From Sulfurimonas sp. (GTDB lineage Bacteria > Campylobacterota > Campylobacteria > Campylobacterales > Sulfurimonadaceae): DNA of 64,000 bases. Both the position numbers and the translations under genes were made by a program. Location of the stretch: positions 5,992 through 69,991 of the forward strand of contig JALSLQ010000009.1 in the NCBI GenBank assembly GCA_026988235.1, in the 5' to 3' direction. Under the pieces are notes generated by a model. That model was not told where the DNA came from. It was given only the letters and a program-made list of their open reading frames with translations, and ran no database searches. Positions 26,630-37,125 of this stretch are shown piece after piece. The number at the start of each line of letters is the position of its first letter. Within the stretch, counting starts at the first letter, position 1.

Positions 26630-26904
26630 GTGAAAAAAATGAACTCTTAGATGAAATTGATACCTTAGTCAAATCAAAACAGAAATTAGGACTTAACTAT
26701 TTTTTGTATATGCTATTGGTGCTGACATTTATAGCTATGTTTGCCTTTCCTAAAATATATATTACAGAGCAGATTTACTTCAAAAGCAGAGATATTGCAA
26801 AATTAAAAGTAGAGTATGATACGCTCAAAGAAGAAAATAAACTCATCAGTGCTTCTGTTGAGTCGATAAAATTTAAAAATCAAATACTCGATACACTTTT
26901 TTAA
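26626..26904 (+). CDS. FtsL-like small bitopic protein (TM plus coiled coil)
   Basis: Its position is directly after rsmH, with a 4-nt overlap. Single TM followed by a heptad-like region. Assigned by context only. Confidence 0.45.
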   Translation: MSEKNELLDEIDTLVKSKQKLGLNYFLYMLLVLTFIAMFAFPKIYITEQIYFKSRDIAKLKVEYDTLKEENKLISASVESIKFKNQILDTLF

Positions 26905-26918
26905 AATAAGGAACGCCA

Positions 26919-29900
26919 GTGATTCGTAAGTTTATAGAATTTGCTATAGAGAAACCACTTTTAAATCATATACTATTACTATTTATTTTTATGCTTTCCA
27001 TTTTTGCATATATTAATATTCCAAAAGAAATTTTTCCGCCTATGAATATGGATAAAATTACTATAAAAGGCGGTTATGCAGGAACATCGGCTGATATCCT
27101 TGATAAAATGGTTGTGCAAACTATTGAAGATGATTTACAAAATATTGATACGCTTCAGGATATAAAAAGTAGCATAAAAAATGGCTCATTTATTGTGACT
27201 GCAGAGATTAAAAATGGTTCAAATAATATTAGAGTTTTAAATGATGTTAAAGATGCAATTAGCAGTGTAAAAAAAGATTTGCCTGCAGATATGAATGAAC
27301 CTATTGCAAAAATTAAAACACACGCTTTTCCTCTTGTTCTGATAGCACTCTCAGGAGATGTTTCAAAAGAGATTTTATTAAAACGCGCGGATGAACTTAA
27401 AACAGAGTTGAGTAAGTTTAAAGATTTGAGCGATATAACGATTCGTGGCGATGCAAAAGAAGAACTGGATATACGGCTTAATCCTCAAAAAATTAGGGCG
27501 TATGGACTCTCCTCGACATTAGTTATAGCACAACTCTCTAAAATAAGTTCAATTTTTCCTATTGGAACGATTAAACAAAAAGCAAACCATCTTTATATTT
27601 CGACATATAATGGAGAAAAAACTAAAAAAGGCGTTGAAAATACACTCATAGATGTAGGTGGAAAAAAAATCAAAATTGGTGATATTGCAGAAGTCGCTTT
27701 TAAACTAAGTGATGCAGCAGAACTTTCTCATTATAATGGGGTGCGAAATGTTTCCATTAATGTGACAAAAAGTAAAAATGGAAATGCCATAGCCTTGGTC
27801 AAACAGATAAGAAAACTTTTAAAAGAACAAAAATTAAAACACTCCGAATTGGACTATAATATATATACAGATACTTCCGTCTGGATTAAAAACCGTCTTA
27901 ATACAGTTTTTTCTAATATAATATTTGGCTTGATGCTTGTATTTTTAGCAATGCTTGTTTTTATAAATAGAGGGATTGCTTTTGTCGTAGCACTAGGAAT
28001 TCCTGTAAGTTTTATGATAGGGCTTATAGTGACCGAGATACTCGGTGACAGTTTAAATATGCTTTCTCTTTTGGGAGCTTTAATCGCACTGGGTATGCTT
28101 GTCGATGAAGCGATAGTTGTTGCTGAAAATATTTACAGGCACCTTGAAGAGGGAATGGAGCGAAAAGAAGCAGTTATAAACGGTGCAGCCGAAATGTTTC
28201 CTGCCGTACTAACTGCGACATTGACAACTGTATTTGCATTTTTGCCTATGCTTTTAATGACGGGTGAGATGGGCATGTTTATTAAAATAATTCCTATTAT
28301 GATAACAGTCCTTTTACTCTCTTCGCTGTTTGAAGCATTTTACTTTTTGCCATTACATGCACATGATTTTTTAAAAGTATCTAAAAAAGAAAGTTTTACA
28401 AAACGATTGTGGCAAAAAATGTATGTGTGGTATAGCAGAGTACTTCATTTCTTTTTTAGAAGAAAATTTATTTCTCTTGCTTTTATTGTTTTGAGTATTC
28501 TTTCTCTTGAATTTATTATGATTAAAAATGCTAAGTTTCAACTTTTTCCAGATTTTGACAATACTCAAATCTATGTTTATGGAAAAGTAGGTATAAATAA
28601 TGAACTCAAAGATACTGAAAAAATTGTTACAAAACTTGAAAATATCATACTCAAAAATAGTAATGATAAAGATGTGTCTTCCGTTACCTCTGTTATAGGT
28701 TTTAAAATGGATGCAAAAAATAGAGCAGAACTGGGTGAAAATATGTTTCATATCTTTATTGATTTACACGAGAGAGCACCAGAGAATTTTTTCGATAAAT
28801 ACATAAGTCCTTATCTCTCAATAGAATATAACCCAAGCGTACAAACACGCACGAAAGATGCAAAAGAGATTGCTAAAAAGATTAAGAAATTGTTAGTAAA
28901 TCAAAAAAAGAACTTTGAAGAATTGGTTGTAAAAGTTCCTGGTGCTGGTGTTATAGCACATGATGTTGAAATTGGACTAAGTGCGAAAGATGGCACAAAT
29001 ATTGTACCATATTTGAAAACATTAGAAAAAGAATTATCTGATATAAAAGGTGTTTACAATATAGCTGATGATGCAATCTTGGGTGAAAAAGAGTTAAAGT
29101 TACATGTAAACAGATACGGGCAGGAATTGGGTTTTAATGAACAGGATATTTCTAATGAACTTAGAGCTTATTATCTTAAGGGAGAATATGGCAAACTTTT
29201 TAATGATAAAGGTTTGGTTCGAATACGCCTTGAAAGTAATGTTGATAAAGATATTAATTCGATAAATACGATAGAACTACAGGTCCCTACATCAGACAAA
29301 TATGTAGCAGTAAAAGAAATATGTGATTTTGAATATATACAAAGCTTTGTTACCTTGAAAAAAGAAGATGGGAAAAGAGTGCGTAGCCTCTATGCTTCTA
29401 CTGATAAAAAAATTATTACATCTTCTGAACTTATGCAAAAAATTGAACCTTTACTGGATAAATTTAAAAAAGAGGGTATTGTTGTAGATATAAAAGGGGA
29501 AGAAAAAGAAAACAATAAAAATAAAAGAGAATTAATGCAATCAGGACTTATAGCTATTTTTCTGATTTTCATTACCTTAGTGTGGCTCTTTGATTCTATA
29601 AAGAAATCTTTGATTGTTATTAGTACTATTCCTCTTGTGTTACTTGGCGTATATGTGGGACATTGGCTTATGGGTCTCAACCTTACGATGCCGGGACTCA
29701 TAGGCATTGTAGGACTTGCGGGAGTAGTTGTTAATGACGGGCTTATCATGGTTGACTTTATTAAAAATGCTAAAGATACAGAAGAATTGATGAAGCGGGC
29801 ACAAACAAGACTTAGACCGATTTTATTGACATCATTGACAACAGTTCTTGGACTTTTAACATTAATATTTTTTGCATCAGGTCAAGCAAAAATACTGCAG

Positions 29901-30044
29901 CCTATGGCAGTATCTCTAGGTTATGGTATCGCATGGGCAACGGTACTTAACCTCGTTTATGTGCCATTGCTATATGCCGTAATATATAAAATCAAAACAC
30001 CCCAACAACAACAAATAAAGGATAAAAATGAATTTAGAAATTAG
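26919..30044 (+). CDS. RND-family efflux transporter (AcrB/AcrD/AcrF type)
   Basis: 1041 aa with 12 TM and two large periplasmic loops. Typical N-terminus (FIEFAIEKPLLNHILLLFIF) and conserved TM4 region (GALIALGMLVDEAIVVAENI). GTG start. Confidence 0.9.
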   Translation: MIRKFIEFAIEKPLLNHILLLFIFMLSIFAYINIPKEIFPPMNMDKITIKGGYAGTSADILDKMVVQTIEDDLQNIDTLQDIKSSIKNGSFIVTAEIKNGSNNIRVLNDVKDAISSVKKDLPADMNEPIAKIKTHAFPLVLIALSGDVSKEILLKRADELKTELSKFKDLSDITIRGDAKEELDIRLNPQKIRAYGLSSTLVIAQLSKISSIFPIGTIKQKANHLYISTYNGEKTKKGVENTLIDVGGKKIKIGDIAEVAFKLSDAAELSHYNGVRNVSINVTKSKNGNAIALVKQIRKLLKEQKLKHSELDYNIYTDTSVWIKNRLNTVFSNIIFGLMLVFLAMLVFINRGIAFVVALGIPVSFMIGLIVTEILGDSLNMLSLLGALIALGMLVDEAIVVAENIYRHLEEGMERKEAVINGAAEMFPAVLTATLTTVFAFLPMLLMTGEMGMFIKIIPIMITVLLLSSLFEAFYFLPLHAHDFLKVSKKESFTKRLWQKMYVWYSRVLHFFFRRKFISLAFIVLSILSLEFIMIKNAKFQLFPDFDNTQIYVYGKVGINNELKDTEKIVTKLENIILKNSNDKDVSSVTSVIGFKMDAKNRAELGENMFHIFIDLHERAPENFFDKYISPYLSIEYNPSVQTRTKDAKEIAKKIKKLLVNQKKNFEELVVKVPGAGVIAHDVEIGLSAKDGTNIVPYLKTLEKELSDIKGVYNIADDAILGEKELKLHVNRYGQELGFNEQDISNELRAYYLKGEYGKLFNDKGLVRIRLESNVDKDINSINTIELQVPTSDKYVAVKEICDFEYIQSFVTLKKEDGKRVRSLYASTDKKIITSSELMQKIEPLLDKFKKEGIVVDIKGEEKENNKNKRELMQSGLIAIFLIFITLVWLFDSIKKSLIVISTIPLVLLGVYVGHWLMGLNLTMPGLIGIVGLAGVVVNDGLIMVDFIKNAKDTEELMKRAQTRLRPILLTSLTTVLGLLTLIFFASGQAKILQPMAVSLGYGIAWATVLNLVYVPLLYAVIYKIKTPQQQQIKDKNEFRN

Positions 30045-30465
30045 TCAGGCACAGTTTGGTGTGAGACCGCCAGTTACAAAGCCGATACCGGAGTTTTTAC
30101 TTGAAGTCGGTGAAAAAGGCTTAAGAGAGTTGATATCAAAACATTATGATTTAATCAAACAAAGTGATATTTATCATCTTTTTCCTCAAGATGATGCAGA
30201 ATTTGAGCAGGCAAAAATCAATTCAGCAGATTTTTTTATACAGATATGTGGAGGACCTAAGTATTTTAACACAAACAGAGGAGCACCTCAAATGGTCGGT
30301 CGTCATGCACCATTTAGAATTGATGCAAAAGCTCGTCAAACATGGTTAGAACTCTATAAACCTCTTTTAGAAGAGTTGAAAGAGCAGGGAGTTACCGAGA
30401 CATCATTATATTCGTTTTGGGGTTATTTAGATATATTTTCTATTTGGATGATAAATACACAGTAA
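30028..30465 (+). CDS. Truncated hemoglobin-like (2-on-2 globin, group II/III-like) protein
   Basis: The pattern ...FFIQICGGPKYF...GAPQMVGRHAPFRIDAKARQTWLELY resembles the trHb core (proximal His in the H-x-x-F-x-I region). It overlaps the RND gene end by 17 nt. Confidence 0.65.
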   Translation: MNLEISQAQFGVRPPVTKPIPEFLLEVGEKGLRELISKHYDLIKQSDIYHLFPQDDAEFEQAKINSADFFIQICGGPKYFNTNRGAPQMVGRHAPFRIDAKARQTWLELYKPLLEELKEQGVTETSLYSFWGYLDIFSIWMINTQ

Positions 30466-30518
30466 TAAGCATTATATAAGGAAGCTCCTTGTATAATTCC
30501 GACCTACCAACAAAAAGT

Positions 30519-30595
30519 GGGTTCTTAGCTCAGTTGGTTAGAGCTCTCGGCTCATAACCGAGCGGTCGAGTGTTCGAGTCACTCAGAACCCACCA
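30519..30595 (+). tRNA. tRNA with CAU anticodon (elongator Met or lysidine-modified Ile2), encoded CCA end
   Basis: I folded the cloverleaf by hand. Acceptor GGGTTCT/AGAACCC, D-arm TAGCTCAGTTGGTTAGAGC, anticodon stem CTCGG/CCGAG with loop CTCATAA, T-arm GAGTGTTCGAGTCACTC. The G1-C72 pair argues against an initiator tRNA. Confidence 0.9.
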
Positions 30596-30643
30596 CTTTT
30601 AAATTTCCTCAAAAATAATCAAATTTTTTAGTATAATTCTTTT

Positions 30644-31792
30644 ATGAAAAAGCTTGTAACAATTTTATTTATTTCATTTCTTATGCTTGGTTGTACAGGC
30701 AGTGATTATAGCTCTATTATGAGAGCAGGTATGTCAAAAAATCCAACTTTAGCATTGAAAAGTTTTGCGCGTAATAAATCTACATACTATATAAGTCATC
30801 CTAAACAATTAGCGTATGATATAAAATTTTTAGCTCATTTTAAAACGAATATATCGAAGTTTTGGGGTAAAAATAATGTCCTAATTCCTCAGAAAAAAGA
30901 GTATGTAAAATATCTACAAAATTATAAGAGCAGGGCATTAGTTGATTTTACAAAGGGCACTGTAAGAGTTGAAACCTTGGGTAATAAAAAGAGTTTAAAG
31001 CAGAGTATTGTTACGACGCTGTTGTTACCGGATGACCCACGAAGTGTAGATTTGTTCGGTGCAAAAAATGTTAAGCTTGGAGGGAAACCTTATCTTTTTG
31101 GTGAAGTAAAAGATGATATGGGTAAAAACATCCGTTACCAATGGCGCGCAAACAGATATGCAGATATTTTACTGAAAAAAAATTATAAAATGACAACTAT
31201 TAAGCGTAATGGCAAATCTGTAAAAATGAGCTATGTAGTATTTCCTATGGTGCGTGACCATGCAAATATACGAATTGCAAAATTCAAGCCATTGGTAAAA
31301 AAATATGCTAAAAAGTACAATATAAGTGAAAATTTAGTATATGCAATTATAAAAACTGAAAGTGATTTCAATCAATTTGCCGTGAGTGGTTCGGGTGCTT
31401 ACGGGCTTATGCAAATTATGCCAAAAACCGCGGGACGCGATGCCTATTTACATGTAAAGGGTCAAAAACATACACCCTCAAAAACATACCTTTTTAATGC
31501 ACAAAATAATATTGAGTTAGGGGTAGCATATTTAAATATCTTAGACAAAAAATATTTGGCAGGAATTTATAATCCTGTATCAAGAGAGTATTGTGTGATT
31601 AGTGCTTATAATACCGGTAGTGGAAATGTATTAAAGACATTTAGTAGTGATAGAAACAGAGCAAAAAGAACTATAAATAAACTAGCTCCAAATACTGTTT
31701 ATACAAAACTACGCCATAATCTTCCTTATCCAGAAACGCGTAATTATTTAAAAAAAGTTGTTACTGCAAAAAAAGAGTTTATACATATTTAA
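30644..31792 (+). CDS. Membrane-bound lytic murein transglycosylase, MltC-like lipoprotein
   Basis: Lipobox FLMLGCTG. SLT domain with catalytic region AIIKTESDFNQFAVSGSGAYGLMQIMPKTA and AYNTGSGNV. Confidence 0.8.
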   Translation: MKKLVTILFISFLMLGCTGSDYSSIMRAGMSKNPTLALKSFARNKSTYYISHPKQLAYDIKFLAHFKTNISKFWGKNNVLIPQKKEYVKYLQNYKSRALVDFTKGTVRVETLGNKKSLKQSIVTTLLLPDDPRSVDLFGAKNVKLGGKPYLFGEVKDDMGKNIRYQWRANRYADILLKKNYKMTTIKRNGKSVKMSYVVFPMVRDHANIRIAKFKPLVKKYAKKYNISENLVYAIIKTESDFNQFAVSGSGAYGLMQIMPKTAGRDAYLHVKGQKHTPSKTYLFNAQNNIELGVAYLNILDKKYLAGIYNPVSREYCVISAYNTGSGNVLKTFSSDRNRAKRTINKLAPNTVYTKLRHNLPYPETRNYLKKVVTAKKEFIHI

Positions 31793-32463
31793 TCCGCTTT
31801 CGGTAATCCAAACTTTTGAGTAACAAGTTCTCCTTCCTCATTAAAAAAGAGATAATAAAGCATATCTTTTTTTAGACTCAAATTTGCTAAATAGCGTAAA
31901 GCAAGATTTGCTTGCAAGGATGCTATATGCATGACTATCGGTGCCGTAATACCTGCCGGTGTTTTTTGAACTATTTTAAAAGCATCGTTAAATGATGATT
32001 TGTCAATAAAACAAACTTGTCCGTGAAAAGCTTCTACACTGCCGTAAATCCATGGAGTATGTACCTTTTTAGCATAAGTGTTAATGTCTCCTCGTGTCGG
32101 AAGATTATCTGTTGCATCAATGATGAGGTCTATGGAAATATTTTTTTTAGTCCATTCTTCAAAATTACATTCATGAGCAACGGCTTTTGTAAAAGGACAT
32201 CTCTGCTCAATAATTTGGGCATTAATCGTAGCTTTATTTTTCCCCTCATCGCCCATTTTAAATGCAATTTGTCTATGAATATTATGCAAACTTACTTCAT
32301 CAAAATCTATCATGTGTATTTCGCCGATTCCCGTAGCCCCTAAAGCAAAAGCAAGAGAAGAACCCAATCCTCCCGCACCTATAATTGCTATTTTTTTAGT
32401 TTGAAGATTCTTTTGGGTTTCTTCTCCCCAAAGCTGTACCTGTCTGTGAAAATATTGCATCAT
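31789..32463 (-). CDS. ThiF/MoeB/HesA-family adenylyltransferase (E1-like)
   Basis: IAIIGAGGLGSSLAFALGATGIGEIHMIDFDEVSLHNIHRQ is the classic E1-like nucleotide-binding block. The convergent stops overlap (31789-31792). Confidence 0.8.
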   Translation of the reverse strand: MMQYFHRQVQLWGEETQKNLQTKKIAIIGAGGLGSSLAFALGATGIGEIHMIDFDEVSLHNIHRQIAFKMGDEGKNKATINAQIIEQRCPFTKAVAHECNFEEWTKKNISIDLIIDATDNLPTRGDINTYAKKVHTPWIYGSVEAFHGQVCFIDKSSFNDAFKIVQKTPAGITAPIVMHIASLQANLALRYLANLSLKKDMLYYLFFNEEGELVTQKFGLPKAD

Positions 32464-32466
32464 GAT

Positions 32467-33273
32467 TTATCCTTTTTTTTCATTAGTTCTTTTACTGAAA
32501 GCCTCTTTAAATCCCCATGTTCGTCTAGCACGGACAACATCAGTATGACTCATATCCACTATCATAAGTTCTTCTGTGTTACCTAAATGGTTGAGCAGTT
32601 GGGCATTTGGAGATGCTAAAATAGAGTCACCATAGAACTTCCATACAAATTCTTTATCTGTATACTCACCGATCCTATTGGCTCTGAGTATATATATATT
32701 ATGTGTAAAAGCTCTTGTAAGTATTAATGCTTTCCATCTTTCATACGATTCAAAAGTGGAAACACTAGGAACCAAGAGGCAGTCGATATTTTTATTACTA
32801 AGTTTAGCAAAAAATTCATCAAAATGAAGTTCAAATCCATTCATTATTGCAAATTTAAAGCCGTCAATCTTAAAAACCATAGGTGCTTGCAATGATGCAG
32901 TCTCATTTGCAAAAAATTTTTCTTCATTCCAATGTGCATAATTAATAAGAATTTGTTGATTGTAATAAGAAGTAGAAGAGGGAGCAAACTTTGCAATACA
33001 TTTATATACTTTGCCTTTTTTGACAAGGACAAGTGGTGCAATTATAACCATACTATAGGTTAAAGAAAGCTCCTTTAAAACTTTTATTTGGTGAAGTGCC
33101 TGCTCTTTTATCATAGAAACAGACATCTGTTCTAGGTCTTTAAAAAAAGGGTTTAAAACATATTCGCCTAAGAGTAATACTTTAACATCTTTTTTACTTG
33201 CAATTCTTATATAATTATAAAGTTTTGTAGAGCTCATACCTTGCGCATTAAGCTGTAAAACTGCGGCTCTCAT
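32467..33273 (-). CDS. Carbon-nitrogen hydrolase (nitrilase-superfamily) fold protein
   Basis: The start MRAAVLQL, the LLLGEY (Glu motif) and the overall length fit the family. The catalytic Cys position is unclear (see findings). Confidence 0.65.
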   Translation of the reverse strand: MRAAVLQLNAQGMSSTKLYNYIRIASKKDVKVLLLGEYVLNPFFKDLEQMSVSMIKEQALHQIKVLKELSLTYSMVIIAPLVLVKKGKVYKCIAKFAPSSTSYYNQQILINYAHWNEEKFFANETASLQAPMVFKIDGFKFAIMNGFELHFDEFFAKLSNKNIDCLLVPSVSTFESYERWKALILTRAFTHNIYILRANRIGEYTDKEFVWKFYGDSILASPNAQLLNHLGNTEELMIVDMSHTDVVRARRTWGFKEAFSKRTNEKKG

Positions 33274-33467
33274 TGCTCAGTTTTTAGATTTTGAATTTTA
33301 ATTTGTGCATCTTCAAGCATTTTTTGTGCTTCGCTTAACTCTTTCATTCCTTTTTCATATGCTTTTACACTTGCTTCAAGTGTAATTTCCGGATTCATAA
33401 GTGTGTCTAAAATTTCTTTAGCACTTTGCAGTTTTGTTTCAAATTTTTCTTTAGCCATTGAGTGCAT
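33270..33467 (-). CDS. xseB: Exodeoxyribonuclease VII small subunit
   Basis: 65-aa helical protein with the FE..L..L..I...L......LE.S...YE.G pattern. Confidence 0.8.
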   Translation of the reverse strand: MHSMAKEKFETKLQSAKEILDTLMNPEITLEASVKAYEKGMKELSEAQKMLEDAQIKIQNLKTEQ

Positions 33468-34557
33468 CCTTTATATGTTTTTCAAATTTATCAAGTTCTA
33501 CCAAAAAAGCGTCATGACCATAATCGCTTGGTATATCTATATAGGTATGATTTTTATTACCGATATTTTCAAGTTCATTGGCTATTTCTTTCATCTCAAA
33601 GTTTTTAAATAAGAGGTCATTTTTAAAGCTCACTAAATACAGAGCGGAGGTTACTCGTTTGAGCGCTTCAGCTAAAGAATCAAATCCACGGGATAAGTCG
33701 TATATATTGATAGCTTTTGTAATGTAAAGATAAGCTAAAGGGTCAAACCATTTTGTAAAATTATAGCCATTGTATTCCAAATAAGACTCTACTTGAAACT
33801 TTCCAAAAAGTTCATACAAACCATCTGTGAGTTTGTAGTCTCTACCAAATTTTTCTCGCATAGATTCATGGGATAAAAAACTGATATGCCCTGCCATCCG
33901 TCCAACTGCCATACCTGAAAGCCCTTGTTCTTTGAGAAGTTCTGGGTCATAATAGCCTTGTTTAAAATCAGGGTCATTGAGAATGGATTCCTGTGCAACT
34001 TTGTTAAAGGCAATTGCCCAAGGTTGTGTTGCATGTGTTGTGGCAAGTGCTATGATTTTATTTGCAAAATTCGGGTAATGAATAGCAAAATGAAGTGCCT
34101 GCATTCCACCCATAGACCCACCGACAATTGCATGAACTCGGTGAATATCAAGTCTATCAAAAAGAATCCGTTGTGCTTTGACCATATCTTTTATGCTAAC
34201 AACAGGAAATTTATAACGGTATGGTTCTTGATGAGGATACTGCATACTCATAGGTCCTGTTGAACCAAAGCAGCTACCTAAAACATTGGAACAAATTACA
34301 AAATATTTATCGGTATTAATAGCTTTGTCTGAACCGATAAAACCGTCCCACCAACCGGGTTTTGTTTCTCCTTCATACAAGCCTGCAGCATGATGAGAAC
34401 CTGTAAGTGCATGGCAAACAATGACTACATTACTTTTGTCATCATTGAGTGTTCCATATGTTTCATAGGTAATATCATACGGTTCTAAAATACGCCCGCT
34501 TTCAAGATAAAGTGGATTAGTAAAATGTTCTGTATGCGTTTGCAGGTTTAAAGACAA
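33451..34557 (-). CDS. metX: Homoserine O-acetyltransferase
   Basis: Alpha/beta hydrolase with the nucleophile elbow GGSMGGMQAL. Typical MetX N-terminus (LESGRILEPYDITYETYG...VIVCHALTGS). Confidence 0.9.
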   Translation of the reverse strand: MSLNLQTHTEHFTNPLYLESGRILEPYDITYETYGTLNDDKSNVVIVCHALTGSHHAAGLYEGETKPGWWDGFIGSDKAINTDKYFVICSNVLGSCFGSTGPMSMQYPHQEPYRYKFPVVSIKDMVKAQRILFDRLDIHRVHAIVGGSMGGMQALHFAIHYPNFANKIIALATTHATQPWAIAFNKVAQESILNDPDFKQGYYDPELLKEQGLSGMAVGRMAGHISFLSHESMREKFGRDYKLTDGLYELFGKFQVESYLEYNGYNFTKWFDPLAYLYITKAINIYDLSRGFDSLAEALKRVTSALYLVSFKNDLLFKNFEMKEIANELENIGNKNHTYIDIPSDYGHDAFLVELDKFEKHIKDALNG

Positions 34558-34608
34558 GGTGATAATTCTCCGAAAATTAGTAATAGTATTTTAGCAAAAG
34601 AGTCTTAA

Positions 34609-35874
34609 TTATGCTTCAAGTGCCTGTTGTAAATCTTGTATCAAATCCTTGGCACTCTCTAAACCACATGAAATCCTTATAAGTCCTTCCGGTACACCAC
34701 AGGCAATCAACTCATCATGTGAGAGTTGTTGGTGTGTTGTCGAAGCGGGATGTGTAATAATGGACTTGGAATCACCAATGTTTACGACAAGAGAATAAAG
34801 TTTTGTTGCATTAACAATTTTCGTAGCTTCTTCAAGATTTTTTACTTCAAAACTAAGTAATCCACTACATAATCCATCTTCAAAATATTTTTGAGCATTT
34901 TTGTAGTTAGGATTACTTTGTAAACCGGGGTAGTTGACTTTTTGTACTTTTGGATGTGATTCTAAAAATTCAGCGAGCATAAGAGCATTTTTTGAATGTT
35001 CCCTCATTCGTAAAGCTAAAGTTTCTATGCCTTGTATAAAGAGCCAGGAGTTAAATGGTGAAACCACTGCACCTAAATCACGAAGCAGTGACAGACGGGC
35101 ACGAAGTGTATATGGTGGAAGTCCGACTTCTGTATAAATAAGTCCATGATATGAAGCATCTGGTTCATTAAAATGAATATATTTTGGATTATTTTTCAGT
35201 TTTTCTACCAATCCCTTTCGTTCAACTAAAATACCACCTATTGCTAATCCTTGACCTGTTGTGTATTTGCTAGCACTGTGTACGGTAATATCAGCGCCAA
35301 ATTCAAAAGGACGGCATAAAATAGGTGTGGCTACAGTATTGTCCACAATTGTTAAGATATTATGCTTGTTTGCAATAGTAGTTATAGCTTCTATGTCGGC
35401 AACATCAATACTTGGATTTGTTAATGATTCAAAAAATATTGCTTTTGTTTTATCATCTATGAGTGCTTCTATTTGCTGTGGTTTATGTACATCAAAAAAT
35501 CTTGCTTCTATACCAAATCGTTTTAAGGTATGTGTGCACAGTGTTAAGCTCCCACCATAGAGTTGCTTGGCACAGATGATGTTGTCTCCGACTTCTGCCA
35601 CATTGATGAGTGCAAAAAATATAGCACTCATACCACTTGCCACCGCAAGAGCCGCCTCACCATCTTCAAGTTCTGCAAAACGTTTTTCAAAAACATCTGT
35701 TGTGGGGTTATTTAGGCGTGTATATATATTACCTAACTCTTTTAACGCAAAAAGATTGGCGGCATGCTCAACATCACGAAACTCATACGCGGTTGTTTGA
35801 TAAATTGGCACTGCCATTGTTCTGTGAGAATCTTTTTCATATCCGGCATGGAGTGCTAGTGTTTGTAAGTCCAT
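34609..35874 (-). CDS. metY: O-acetylhomoserine sulfhydrylase (aminocarboxypropyltransferase)
   Basis: Cys/Met-metabolism PLP family. The PLP-Lys region is HSASKYTTGQG. About 420 aa and adjacent to metX. Confidence 0.9.
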   Translation of the reverse strand: MDLQTLALHAGYEKDSHRTMAVPIYQTTAYEFRDVEHAANLFALKELGNIYTRLNNPTTDVFEKRFAELEDGEAALAVASGMSAIFFALINVAEVGDNIICAKQLYGGSLTLCTHTLKRFGIEARFFDVHKPQQIEALIDDKTKAIFFESLTNPSIDVADIEAITTIANKHNILTIVDNTVATPILCRPFEFGADITVHSASKYTTGQGLAIGGILVERKGLVEKLKNNPKYIHFNEPDASYHGLIYTEVGLPPYTLRARLSLLRDLGAVVSPFNSWLFIQGIETLALRMREHSKNALMLAEFLESHPKVQKVNYPGLQSNPNYKNAQKYFEDGLCSGLLSFEVKNLEEATKIVNATKLYSLVVNIGDSKSIITHPASTTHQQLSHDELIACGVPEGLIRISCGLESAKDLIQDLQQALEA

Positions 35875-35876
35875 AA

Positions 35877-36320
35877 TTACCCTTTAAGTGTTTCATCTTT
35901 AATTTTTTGTAAAAATTCTAAAATATTTTCTTGATATGCCAAGGTGTCATTATCATAAGTTAATTTTAGAAATTTTTTGAGTGTATTAATATCTATTTTT
36001 TTTGCATAACGAGGAACTATCTTTAATTCTTTTTGTATGTTTAATACTAATGAATCAATATCAAGACCATTGTTTTCTTTTACTTTTTTGACAAGTTCTT
36101 TGGATGAAAGCATTAACAGGTTTGCCCTATCTGTATCATCTTTATACAACTCAAGAGCAATATTTTTAATAAGAACATAGTTTTCTACAGCTGCATCTTC
36201 ATTTGCCGCAATTAAGAGCGCAAAAATTTTTGCACGAAATTCTAAAGAACCATGATGATGTACAAATAATTCGCGAAATGCACTAAAAAAATGATGTTTT
36301 AATCTAAAACTAAATCTCAT
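35877..36320 (-). CDS. Hypothetical helical protein
   Basis: Track ORF 35877..36347. I prefer the ATG at 36320 (AGGAAG upstream). No recognisable family. Confidence 0.5.
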   Translation of the reverse strand: MRFSFRLKHHFFSAFRELFVHHHGSLEFRAKIFALLIAANEDAAVENYVLIKNIALELYKDDTDRANLLMLSSKELVKKVKENNGLDIDSLVLNIQKELKIVPRYAKKIDINTLKKFLKLTYDNDTLAYQENILEFLQKIKDETLKG

Positions 36321-36392
36321 TAATCTTCCTTGTCTCGTATTATACATTGAAATGGTATAATTTCAAAAATAATTAGTAGAAGGAATTTTTTT

Positions 36393-37103
36393 ATGGGTAG
36401 AGCGTTTGAATATAGAAAAGCATCAAAGTTAAAAAGATGGGGAGCAATGTCTAAGTTGTTTCCAAAACTTGGAAAAGTCATCACTATGGCAGCAAAAGAA
36501 GGCGGCGGTGACCCAGATATGAATGCAAAACTTAGAACTGCAATTTTAAATGCAAAAGCTGAAAATATGCCAAAAGATAACATAGATGCAGCTATAAAAA
36601 GAGCGACCGCTAAAGATAGTGCCGATATGAAAGAGGTAAATTTTGAAGGTAAAGCCCCTCACGGCGTCCTTCTATTTATAGAGTGTGCCACTGATAATAA
36701 CACAAGAACAGTTGCCAATGTCAAAAGTACACTCAATAAAAATGGCGGAGAAATGCTTACAAATGGCTCTTTAGAATTTATGTTTTCCCGTAAAGCACTT
36801 TTTGAATTTCCTATGTCTGATAATATGGATATAGAAGAGTTAGAATTAGAACTGATAGATGCAGGACTTGAAGAAATCGAAGCAGAAGAGGGCGTTGTCT
36901 TGGTGACGACAGATTATACAAGCTTTGGTACGATGCATGAAGCTTTAGAAAAAATGAGTGTGGAAATTACAAAAGCAACACTGGAACGAATTGCTAATAC
37001 ACCGATAGAAATCACTGAAGAAGAACATGCTGATGTAGATAAAATACTAGAAAGACTTGAAGATGATGAGGATGTGCAAAAAGTTTATACAAATTTAGCA
37101 TAA
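36393..37103 (+). CDS. yebC: YebC/PmpR-family transcriptional regulator
   Basis: [23 protein letters not shown]...GGGDPDMN is the highly conserved family N-terminus. Confidence 0.9.
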   Translation: MGRAFEYRKASKLKRWGAMSKLFPKLGKVITMAAKEGGGDPDMNAKLRTAILNAKAENMPKDNIDAAIKRATAKDSADMKEVNFEGKAPHGVLLFIECATDNNTRTVANVKSTLNKNGGEMLTNGSLEFMFSRKALFEFPMSDNMDIEELELELIDAGLEEIEAEEGVVLVTTDYTSFGTMHEALEKMSVEITKATLERIANTPIEITEEEHADVDKILERLEDDEDVQKVYTNLA

Positions 37104-37125
37104 AATCTATGTATTATATAAAATA

